Assembly: GCA_010093745.1 (NCBI GenBank)
Contig: MU005984.1
Span: forward strand, 62,001-126,000
From: Piedraia hortae CBS 480.64
Lineage: Eukaryota
DNA length: 64,000 bases
Direction of reading: 5' to 3'
The notes under the pieces were generated by a model, which saw only the letters and a program-made list of their open reading frames with translations, did no database searches and was not told the origin of the DNA. Shown here in pieces: positions 46,629 through 57,402 of the stretch. Every line of letters starts with the position of its first letter. The stretch's first letter is position 1. The position numbers were made by a program, and so were the translations under genes.

Positions 46629-48140
46629 ATGAGTGCGACTGCAGAGAAGCGTAAGCGCAGTCCTTCTGCCACGTCTGCCGCAACTCCGCCGTCCAAGGCG
46701 AGTCGCACTGGGGCGTCCAGCATTGACTACCTTTCCCGTCATTCGACAGATGATCTCCCTCTGGTCAGCAAGGACGACTCTCTACCCAGTATCCTGCGCC
46801 ATCTTAGCTCGTACGGCACTGTCCTTGACGCGCGCGAGTCTCTTGCCTCGAACCTCGGAATTCGGCCTCTTGCACCGATCCTCATCCAGCGATTCGAGCG
46901 TTGCTTCGATGCTCCGCCCGAGATCGTTGCGTCTCACCACCGAGAGTCCAGCAACAACTGCTCGCCGCATTCTATCAGCTGGTTAGAGGTGCTCGAATTC
47001 GCTCGTGCACATCCGTCTCAGTTTGTCCTCGGCGCATACGCGGACAATCGCCGTGTTTGCCAGTTTTACTACCCACAGAAGCAGCTTCGTGTTCAGGTCA
47101 ATGAGGATGACTTTATGTTTATCAATAGCGGCCGGTGCCAGGAGCTCATACCACCTAGACCGATTCGAGAAGATGAGGAAAAGGAGTTGGCAGTATGCGA
47201 AGAACTAGAGGCCAGGCTTCGGGAAATGACGAATCTAGCTGACATGGCCTCCGCTTGCGCACATCAATTAAGCCATCGTCTGAAGTCTCGCCGCAGTGCC
47301 ATTCAAGCTCGGCAGGGCTCGCCTGGACATGCCCTACCTGGCTTTGTTGCCGTTAACAGTCCCAATGGGGGAGATGCGGCTTCGGCCAGTGCTCTTCGGC
47401 GCGACTTGGTGAGGCATCTTGAAAGTTTGCCGCATAACCAACGCCGCATGCATCGCGTCCATGAAGCCGATACTCGTCCCCGGTGCTCCGCGGCGTCGGA
47501 CGGCATCGATGTTCCAATCCGGAATTCGAGTTCTTCCATGTCGCCTGTTCCTGTCAAGGCTCAGGTCAGCGTTGAGTCAGCCAACGGCACAAACGCCCCA
47601 AAGGTCAATGGGGCTCGACTCAAGCACAATTTTAGTCGGCCGCTTCCTCAAGCACTGGAAAGTGCGCAGCCGTTTCGCCCGCTCTGCCAAGCTCATATGG
47701 ACAGTCTGCCACGGGGCTATCGGGTAATACCCCCATGCGATCGGTGCCGACGCCTACGAATGGATTGCGTAAAAAACCTTACCTCGTGCGCTGGTTGTAC
47801 CAAGAAGCACGCTCGCTGTCATTGGAAAGATGTGCAGCAAGATGAGCTTGGGGAAATTGACGGCATAGTACGGCAGACAGCAAACGGAGCCAGTGATGGG
47901 GCGAGTGAGGTTGACAGCGACGAGGGAAATCCGCTCGAGGACCTCGAAGCGTTGGCCGAGCGAGTAAAACAGGAGAGCAGCCAGGTTGCGACAAATGCTG
48001 CAGCTTCTGTGCCAGAGCCTGCAAAACTGCCCATCGCCGGAGATCAGGTGAAGCGTAAAAGCCCTCCATCTCCAAGTGCTCTGCTCGGCTTTCACGCCGT
48101 TAATAGACCACAGGCGGATACTAACATATGGATTACTTAG
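46629..48140 (+). CDS. Protein with a C-terminal Zn2Cys6-type cluster; putative transcription factor
   Basis: CDRCRRLRMDCVKNLTSCAGCTKKHARC has CX2CX6CX6CX2CX6C spacing; N-terminal KRKR possible NLS. Confidence 0.75.
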   Translation: MSATAEKRKRSPSATSAATPPSKASRTGASSIDYLSRHSTDDLPLVSKDDSLPSILRHLSSYGTVLDARESLASNLGIRPLAPILIQRFERCFDAPPEIVASHHRESSNNCSPHSISWLEVLEFARAHPSQFVLGAYADNRRVCQFYYPQKQLRVQVNEDDFMFINSGRCQELIPPRPIREDEEKELAVCEELEARLREMTNLADMASACAHQLSHRLKSRRSAIQARQGSPGHALPGFVAVNSPNGGDAASASALRRDLVRHLESLPHNQRRMHRVHEADTRPRCSAASDGIDVPIRNSSSSMSPVPVKAQVSVESANGTNAPKVNGARLKHNFSRPLPQALESAQPFRPLCQAHMDSLPRGYRVIPPCDRCRRLRMDCVKNLTSCAGCTKKHARCHWKDVQQDELGEIDGIVRQTANGASDGASEVDSDEGNPLEDLEALAERVKQESSQVATNAAASVPEPAKLPIAGDQVKRKSPPSPSALLGFHAVNRPQADTNIWIT

Positions 48141-48405
48141 GCCCGAGACAGCAGAACAGTGTCGTTTGAATACGATGGGTGATATTTCAGAATATGCATG
48201 ATGCAATGGATGCCAACCGTCTTGGTCCAAACTTTTGTGTTGCGTAATTTGCCTTGCTACGACGCTCAAAGAACAGTGATAAATCTTCAATCTATATTAA
48301 ACTTCTAGAACTTGTCGCTTAATACCTTTATGTAACTGACAAGTTTTAGAAGCCCGTCGGGTACAGAAATGGGCTATTGTACCTCGTATGCAAAGCCCCA
48401 CTGGA

Positions 48406-49819
48406 TTAGCACCGGAGCATTCGAGCCTTCTCGTGGTAATTGCAAAAAGCGCGCTTAAGTCTCTGCGTATCGCCGTTGCTGTTGTAAAAGTCCAGCTGTT
48501 CGAGCACAGGTGTATGACGCAGAATAATGTCGAGCCACCGTTGCACGATGGGTACGTAGGAACGGTAGCTGTGAGCATCAAAGGTTAGTTGGAGGATCTA
48601 GCGAGCTTTCCGCATCGAAAGCGACGACTCACCCTTCTGGAGCTCCTTCCACCATTTGCGCCGCAAGTCGCAACGCCTTGAGGTTCGGAAAGATTGCAGG
48701 CTTCTCATCTTTCAGAAGAGCCAAGTCGAGATTGCCAGAAATTTGAAACGTTGCGAGCTTTGAACAGTGCCTTCCCAACTCCTTAAATATTTCCGTAGAG
48801 GCTTGATGCTGCATATCAAGGGTGAATGATGTTAGTCCGCTTAGGCATGAAAAGAGACTGGCAAATTGCTCGTCTGTCAGGGACAGTACGTCCGACTTGT
48901 CGTGCACAGATTTAAATTCGAGACGCTTCAGCAATCCCAGTCTTTTGAGATGATTGAGATCATTGGGCATGATCTTAACAGATTCCATTGCAAATACCAG
49001 CTCTTGAAGTCTTGTAAGCGAACCGATTGCCTGGAAAACCTGTGGACGGTGAGTTCCTCTCCCGGTATCACCTCCGTCCAGTATCAAAACTTGAAGATCG
49101 CAGGCAATCCGAGGAAGAAGAGGCACGGAATCAATGTCAAGTTTGATTTTCAGCGCGGTTAGAGCGGGAAAGGTCGCAGTGGATAGATTGGCAACTTGCA
49201 GGACTGTGTTGTGCGCAACTCGATGCCACAAAATCAAGTGTCGCAAGTTGGGCTTCTGAGCCAAATGTAACAAGGCTGCATCTCCGGTGAGTTTCCCAAC
49301 CTTGTCTTCAATGATGTTCAGTTGTTTAAGTTGCTTCAGCATCTCAGCAACTTCGTCAGGCGCCCAGGCATCCAGACTTCCACTGCATAGACGCAAGCAT
49401 CTCAAGTCGCTGCTCTGACTAGGGATCACCTTTAGCAGATCGGCCGGTGAATCTTTGTCCAGGATAGTTAGCTCCTTAAGGCATGGCTGAATATACTGTT
49501 TGATCGAGTGCCCCCTGGGCACGGAACACAGCGTAAAGCGCTGGAGCTGTGGGAAAAGAAGCTCGTCTTCCGTTGCCCGGTGAGAGGAGTATGTGGATAC
49601 TTCTTTGATTTTGTTGGCATAATACTGCTTTCGTTGCGGAGGAAGCTTCTCTAACGCGCGCATGGGAGGCTTGCGCCAAAGAATATTTGTCCCCATCTCT
49701 GCCCATGTTTGGCACACGCAGATGGCCTTACGTAGCGAGCGACGGTCGTCAATGAGGCAGTTGAATACAGCGATCAGAATTTCGGCCGGTAGACCGTCAA
49801 TCGGCGCGCTGTTGGACAT
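48406..49819 (-). CDS. F-box/LRR (RNI-like) protein
   Basis: N-terminal LPAEILIAVFNCL...ICVCQTW, many LxxLxL repeats; intron 48632-48569 gives a final exon ending at 48406. Confidence 0.82.
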
Positions 49820-50134
49820 TGTGTTGACTCAGCGATTGTGTCACGCACACCGGCGAAAGTGACTGCGAAATTTTCCGTCAATTGCGGAACACCATCTGTT
49901 TTGTCTCACTCTCCCCTCGTGTTTCGGCCGATTGCAATCTCGGAAAAGAACCGCCCCACGTAGAAAAAGAGCCTCATTGTCGGACATCGATATGATAGCA
50001 CATGATGGATTGGGATGTGACGTAATGCGGAGAGCATGCCCCTAACTCCATTGTACGCAGAGGAGTCAAAAAGATACTACGACAACCCATTCTCTGTGCT
50101 TCCATATTGAACGTTCGTACTAGAGCCATCCAAC

Positions 50135-53100
50135 ACTCATATTAATAGAAGAGTCTTACTAACCGTATTGGACTTAGCTTGTTGCTATAGCCAATCAGCT
50201 CATGCGATGATCAATTAATATCTAAGGCACTCACGGCGCGTTTAACCTCCCAACGCATCGCATAATTTCTTTGATGGATACCACCGATTGAGATAGATTA
50301 GTTGCTATAAGCTGTGTAGTGTAGTGTAGTTCAGCATGAGACATCTTTCACACTCATTGCAGACACCTACTCATATCTTATTCCAACGAAACGATATAAC
50401 CCACGAACATACAGCATGTCTCAACCCCAAGACTCTTCCTGCTGGCTACCACGTACAGCATGCCAGTGATATGTCTGTAAGAGGCTTCTATGCCACAGCA
50501 GCTGAGTGTGTGGCTGCTCTTAAAGCTTCAGAGCATTCTATGGGCTACTCTGTTTCCGAGGATGGCATTGTCCGAGAAAAAGTCAGCGGTAAATATGTCA
50601 AGGATGGTTCCATTTACCGGCACAACTGGATGTGCACATGTCGAGGTTCTCCCCCCCCACCCCCCTCCCACCACCCCAACGTTGGTAGCAGCCTGAGGCG
50701 CCAGAATACCTCACAAAAGACCGGCTGCCATTTTAATGCACAGGTCGTGTATCGCAAGGCCGTTGAATCGTGGGAGTTGGATTTCGTATGCGATCTGCAC
50801 ACTCGCCGCGGGGCAATAGACGATCTCGCGGATCCGGCTCTCCGGCGCCTTTGGCGGGAGCAACACCCCAATGTAGCCGAGACGCGGGTCGAACGTTCGT
50901 CCTTGGCTGCGCACCTCTCGGCAACGCAGATCGCAGTGTTACTGCGGGGGAGGTGTGCATACCAACCCGTTGCCTGTAGAAGAAAGCGAGCCCATTGGGA
51001 TTGACAATGATTCCATAGGTCTAGAGTTTTTGTGGGGAGACCGTGGAGATGTCGGTGGCACTTCTGCGGAACCGATTGCGGCTTCCAACCTGAGAATCTC
51101 CATTACGATCAGCGATGCCTTGAACATTCAAGCTGCGCCGTGAGAAATATGGTCTTTTCACTTTAACTCGGTTATTCCTTGAACAGCTGGAGAGTAACCG
51201 TGTTCGCCACGGTGTCCTCTACAAGCTCGATCGTGAAATTGATGGGCGGGTGAAGCGGGTTTTTTGGACGTTTTGGTGGTGTCTCGCAATGTGGAAGAGA
51301 CACTAGGACTGGCGTTGCTCGACAATACTTATAGAGTTCGTCCGTACCCAATGCAGCTCTCGCCTGTTTCTTAACCAAGTGATAGGTAAACCGTTTTAGC
51401 ATGCCGTTTTGTATTATAGTTGGCACCACGTCAGTTCATACACCATTCCGCATCGCCTTCTCGTTGAATTCCGGTGAAACGGAGAGCGACTTCGCCTGGA
51501 TCCTGGTACATATGCGGGATATTGCGGATCAGCTGATGAAAAGTCCGCTGTGCATCATACCCAGCGACTTTTACCAAGCGTTCCGAAATGCAGCGGGGCT
51601 AACCTACCCCGAGACACGATTGCAATTATTTATGTGGCACAAAAATAAAAATGTGGCCTTCCACCTGAAGGAGAAGTGGGTGGAAAGTGGCGATGATGCG
51701 GAGACTGAGAATGAGGAGAATGAGAGGCCCTATATAGCCCAGTATTCACCGCTCTCCGATGATGAGGAGGTAGATGAGTCGAATGTCTCCGCTCATGACC
51801 GAGATGTCGAAGCCGCTGAGGCTGCTGCCACAAGGCTTGCCGGGATGGTGGACGGTGTGGCAGGTGGTGTGGAAGGTGGCATGGTGCAACCGATCCACAG
51901 GACTCAAGGTTTCCTCCAGGCCTGGGTTGAATTGACACGGGCGCCTAGCGAGGTTGAATTTTGGGCGAAATGGGAACTGATGAATTCGGCATTCATGGAG
52001 CAAGATGATAAGCAAAACCACGAATATCGACATTCGTTCACTAAGCATGACAATTGATAGGCATGCTGAGATACCTGGAGAACCAATACATCCCATGGAG
52101 GAACGAATAGGCGCGGTATGCAACACCGACATACCGCAACTTTGGTATATATTCCTCTGGCCGTGTGGAGAGTATGCACGCCTCTCTGAAGAGGCATATT
52201 GTTAACCGTCCCGGAGACCTACTTAAGCTTTATGGGGCTGTGGTCAGAGTAGTGAAGGTGGGCGAAACGGAATTTCACCACAAGTGTGGACGTGAAGACC
52301 GCAGAGCCTATAGCGTCATCGAAAACACCACGTTTCTGAAGCCAATCTCACAAAAGATGGCATGGCACCCAATCAAACAGGTGTATGACCAGTTCAAGTT
52401 GGCCCTGCACGAGCTCCAGGCAATACATGCCCAAGGAGAAAGCAGAAAGACCCTGTGCACGAATCGTTTCCGCACGCAATGGGATTTGCCGTGGCGCCAC
52501 GAGATCATGGGGATCCTGGAGGAAGCTGCGCGGAACAATCAAGAAGCCGCCTTGTCCATGGACTCTATAGGCCGCCACTGGCATCAGGATGCTGATATGA
52601 TGGTAAGTCGACTTGGTCTCGCTAGACCAGCAGCTAATAAAGTGAAATGATAGCCGCAGTCTGAGGCCGACAGAGGTATACGTGCCGAAAATGATTCACA
52701 TGCACTGCCGGGATGGAGACGAGGGCCTCGGGGTGTTGCTCCCATGCCGACTAAGCACTCAGCTGGTACGTCGATGAGACGAGAATTCTCGCTGGACGAG
52801 GAAGGCGCGGAGCTGCTAGCCCAGGTTAACCGGGACGCCACCACCAAGGGATCAAGAGTAGCCCCAGCCAGACTTCAGGCTCCATCCTCGAGAGGAATTA
52901 CTGGTGATCGCATCGATCGGCGAAATGGAAGCACGAGGGCACGGGGCAGTGGCCGCAGACGAGGAAGAGTGGGTAGCGGTGCAACGCGAGGTCGGGTCAG
53001 GGCTGCCGATCCATCAGTACTGGGGCAGGTTTGTGAGCGTCTCGAAGCCATCGAGCAGAAGCAGCAGAAAATGCTGCGGGCACAGCCGCCACAGCCAGCT

Positions 53101-53385
53101 TTTTTCCAACAAGGACCGCCGCAGCAATGGCAGCAGATGCCTCAGCCTCCGCCGCAGTGACCACAGCCAACTCACTTCTTGCGCAGCCAACGTCAAACCA
53201 ACTGCAATTTGAGATGTATGTACTACCTGGCCAAAGTCGATCGGGAAACAACACCCAATAGGCTTTGGTGCTGAGTATGTGAGGTCAAATGTCGATGGTT
53301 GTGGGGAGGTGAGGTTGTTTTCGCGGAAGTATCTCCGGAGCTAAGCCAAATGCGGTTAAAAGAGCTCTTTCTATCAATATGACTC
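50135..53385 (+). mobile_element. Degenerate Mutator-like (MULE) DNA transposon with imperfect TIRs of about 45 bp
   Basis: Left TCATATTAATAGAAGAGTCTTACTAACCGTATTGGACTTAGCT (50137-50179) resembles the reverse complement of the right end (53339-53382), TCATATTGATAGAAAGAGCTCTTTTAACCGCATTTGGCTTAGCT; transposase fragments lie between. Confidence 0.85.
50416..53160 (+). pseudogene. MULE transposase pseudogene (FAR1/WRKY-like DBD, DDE core, SWIM-like remnant)
   Basis: GYSV...WMCTCRG...SQKTGCHF..W...H; LLDNTYR/VNRFSMPF...GETESDFAW...SDFYQAFRNA..YP..LQLFMWH..KNV; VESMHASLKR; CTNRFRTQWDLPWRH. Several frameshifts and stops. Confidence 0.85.
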
Positions 53386-54446
53386 TTCTTTTACGTCGGG
53401 CGGAAAAGAACAGACACCTGCCCAGCGTGTAGATGACCTAGCAGGGCTGTTCGTGGATAGTGAACTTGCTGGATCATATGATATGTGCTGTCCCATCTGA
53501 AGGAGAGGCAACTTTAACTCAAACTTCCCATTCTCCGTGCACGCGAGGGTTTGAAAACATATTCTGCCAACTTATGTTTGCAAGGCGAGCCCAAATACTC
53601 GCAAGAGCTTCCCAAATCCAAATATATCGTGCATCGCGGTAGGCTGATTGGCTGGATTGGAATCGTTTTAAGTTGACCATGGCTACCCTGGCAGCCATAT
53701 AGAACCTAGTGTTGCAACATGATCGGATGACTGCACAGCTATTAGTTTTCACAAAAGCCACTTAGAGCTGTTATATGAATTTTCGATTTATAGACCGTTG
53801 GATCTCGCTCTAGCAGTGGCGTGGGCGGCACCACGAGCAACGTTGTGACAAGCACATTGTTAAAACGAAAGTTGTTACGGATCTATTAGACTAGATGAGA
53901 AATCAATTTTGCGGGCCCCTTGTCACCGATATAGCGCGATCATTGTTATAACAGGCACCGTTATAGCGAGAGTCAGCTGTATATGCCTTTCCTGGTTGTT
54001 TGTTTCTTCTCTTTTTACTGCCATACGATAAGTATCGTATGTTAAGTCTTGAATGGTACTGTAAACCCTGCGATAAGAAATACCATAGACTAGGTGAGGC
54101 TTTCATGATACTTATACCATCATATGTATCAAGATTGAAAGTAAATAAATCATAGCTTCTCAGTAAATTCTGATCGATTTTCCAAAACAGCTTGTGTGTG
54201 CACGAGATTCCGGTTGGTGAGGCTGGCACAAAGATTTTCCATGCTTGAGTGCGCTAGCTAATGTCCAGCACATGGGTATTATTGACTTTCAGAGATGGCA
54301 CACTACGCGCATGCAACCCTTGGCTCTTCAGCAAGTGGATGAATGCTTCAACGAAAGCAGTTAGAGGTCAAATTGATGGTCATTGCACATATTGGATTGC
54401 ATATATGGTATATATCCACTTCACCTGCAGAGGGTCTATATGAAGT

Positions 54447-54548
54447 GGGCTTGTGGTCTAGCGGTATGACATCTTCTTAGCATCATCCCTCTAAGAGGGT
54501 CAGATGATTACATGGAGAAGGTTCCGCGTTCGACTCGCGGCTAGTCCA
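54447..54548 (+). tRNA. tRNA-Ala(AGC) with a 30-nt intron (54483-54512)
   Basis: Acceptor GGGCTTG/CTAGTCC with the G3:U70 Ala identity pair, anticodon arm TCTTC-TTAGCA[intron]T-GGAGA, T arm CCGCG-TTCGACT-CGCGG. Confidence 0.93.
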
Positions 54549-54550
54549 AA

Positions 54551-54560
54551 TTTTTTTTTT
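54551..54560 (+). terminator. RNA polymerase III terminator (T10)
   Basis: Ten-T run 3 nt after the tRNA-Ala discriminator base. Confidence 0.8.
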
Positions 54561-54644
54561 GGTATCGTGTTTTTGTTTAGTATCATCGTGACCATAACAT
54601 GAAACAGCACTGGCTAAGTTACCTACTCCCTTGACAACGACTCA

Positions 54645-54713
54645 GGGTGCGTTCGGTTGCTCCCTTTACACCTCCTTAAAGCGCTCCAAAGAGGTTTAAA
54701 GAGGAACGCACCC
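54645..54713. repeat. 69-bp nested inverted repeat (MITE-like hairpin)
   Basis: Terminal GGGTGCGTTC/GAACGCACCC (perfect 10 bp) plus inner CTTTACACCTC/GAGGTTTAAAG (10 of 11 bp). Confidence 0.75.
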
Positions 54714-57402
54714 ACAACGTTGTGTCGCAACTTTCTCGACATGTGACGAGGATTATATATTTTTGTCTCCTGTGTTCCCCAGGTACCGTGTTTTACTCTT
54801 ACGCTGGAGTACAGTGTTCTTCAAATATATCTTTTCCACTCTTTGACGATGCACGACGCAATCTACAATTACGGAGTGGCCATGTTCATGGATTGTACCA
54901 ACATACCATCTCCCGCTGCGACAATTACTCTTACATTCATTTTCACTTCAATACCTGTGCAATCTGACCGCTTCAACTCAGTTGGACTGTTCGAATACCA
55001 AGTAGTAACTTCTCACTCAACGGGAATACTTTGTCATCCGATCTCCAAGCTTCTGCTGCAAGAGGTGTTGTGGACTCCGATGTAAGGCCATAGCTTGACC
55101 TTGCAGGTATGAGCTACATTTAGAACAAGCATTTCAGCCCTAAGTGGGAAATAGGGATTATGACAATCGCTATCATGATCGTCTGCTGGCTATCCACGGG
55201 TGACTCCCACGAATGCGTTTTTGTTGATTGGATCAACAAATTGACGTGAATTACGTGGCGACCGACAACTGAAATTAGGGGCCAAGATACAGCCACGTTG
55301 CTAGTGTTATGAGGTGAAAAGAGGAAGTTGCGTATTTCTTACTTGAATAGACTGGCATCTTCTAGACAGAGGCATCGGCTCAGGGAAGCATGAAGTCCAA
55401 GTCTATGTTCACTTCCATACGATCTGTGATTAGTCACAGTGCGACAATAGCGAAACCTTCGGTTCTCAGAATATCCTGCATGTTGCCCGCAGCATGGCAA
55501 GCTTTTGAGCTCATTTTTGTGGGCCCTTTCACTGTGGGTGGAACGGCATGGGAAGGTCAGTATCAGCGGGCTGAGGCAATGGAATCCAGCTTCTGTTCAT
55601 AACCCATTGATCTACCGATATACAGTAGATAGATACCTCAATCTTGGCCACCGCAGTGCTATTTGTCCGTGCCCTATATTCATTGACCCAAATGAGGAGA
55701 GTATATACAACTCAAAAGCGTTGGAGAACAATAAGCCGAGACGGCAAGCTATGCTTGTGGTCGATTCGTAGATGGCAATTTCGAAGTCAAACCCCATGTC
55801 ACGGCGCTAACTACGCTATCCTTACAACTGTGTTGTGCCTTACGGAAGAGCTAACTACGATATGAGCTGGAGGTGAGGTCTCGGGTCACGTGGCTACGGT
55901 ATGGTTCCGTGACACCCAAGAGTGAGTCAAGTAAGAGGTTCTGGAAATGATAGTGGCGCAGCTATACGATAGCCACACTTAGCTAACTTGACAAAGGAAA
56001 AGGAAATAGGCGTTCGGAAACCTAACCAATTACTGGAGTACATGGAGCACGACTTTACGCCCAGTCAAACCTCACGTGGTCAGCTGGTTGATGAGGGCCA
56101 CTTGCCAACCCTCATGATAAAGACAAGTTTACGAAGAGACATCCATGCACACGGTACACTCGCCTTGAGCTTGCATATCATGTAATACCGAAAAAGCCTA
56201 ATATTTGTTTCCACAGGATGGTCTGATGTTAGACCGTTGGGGATAAACACGTGCTCTGGCCCGCTGTTCGGTAGGTGCCGAGTTATGTCCAGAGGGTATG
56301 TCCACGGTGTGGCAGAAGCGCAGCAACCACGGCTGGCTGCGTTATTCACGAGGTCAGACGTGGAAACGTTGCCAAGAATGGTTTTTGTCGCATCTGCGGG
56401 GTCCAATACCCAGTCCCGAAGTTTTCCCACCCACTTCCGACCTCACCGCACCGCACAGTCAGTTGAGATGGCTCTGGATGCGGGCTGTATCAGAATAAAA
56501 AACAGAATCGAATGGTTCGATCCAAAGAAAAGGCCGGAGGTAAAATTGACATTGAAGGAGGTGGCATTCCCCACCACTGTGTTCCTGATGGACGTCCCAC
56601 TGCAGCTGTGTAACCCACAGACGCGAAGCGACATCATTGGCGGAATAAAGGAAAATTCGACGAAAGCCTAAGGCCACTATGCATAGAAACCGAATTCCGA
56701 ACTGCGCCTTTGAAGCAATCGAGCTATGGAGTTCAGGAACGCGCAGCATTAGCGCTACCGGGAACCCGTTCTACAACCCACTTGGTACATGGACCGCTCC
56801 ATCTGCTTTAATAGATGGATTGGATCAACTAGAGTCGGGCAGTTAAACAGCAGCACCAGAGCAAGACTTTTTTTCCCCGCACAGGACGAGACCAGGTTGA
56901 CAAAGAAAGCCAGACAAAGCGGCACATACCAGACGATCATATGGAGGCTTCAAAGCGCATATTTGCGGTTGGGTACGCTGTGGCTGTTCCGGGCTCAAGA
57001 TTGGGTTCGGACCTGGCATTGGGCCATTGCTAACTTGTCCAGTGACTCCAGCTGGCCGGGCACCCTTTGGCAGGGCCCTGACGTGGGTAACGACTGCAAA
57101 GATGCAACGGGCAGAAATAGCCAGTCTGAATATGTTCCACAATGGTAAGTCGCCAGTCTACCAGTCATCAAAGACGAAGGGTGCATGTCACCCGTTCAAA
57201 AGCCACACACTTCCGCAACGAGCTGTTTGAGTCCCACGCCCTTGTCTCTCGTTTCTCCTACCCTTTCTCATTGTAGGCTGCAACCTCCGTCTCGCTCTGT
57301 TGCAACGAGACGTGGCGACTTGTACGTCACACGATCGTCCGTCGTGCTCGTGTCATGCGTACTCGGCACCGATATCGCTAACGGCTGTTGGCAGCATACA
57401 CA

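Noticed and set aside
50317..50331. Short (GTAGT)n-type repeat inside the MULE 5' region
   Set aside because: About three units of a simple microsatellite; nothing CRISPR- or telomere-like.
16270..53385. Linking the Pif1 relic and the MULE as one Mule-Pif1 or giant element
   Set aside because: They are about 33 kb apart, separated by core housekeeping genes, and the MULE has its own TIR pair.
53903..54229. AT-rich 108-codon minus-strand ORF with a CATACGATA/TATCGTATG hairpin at 54022-54041
   Set aside because: No recognisable motif and a non-ATG start; cannot distinguish a relic element from neutral DNA.
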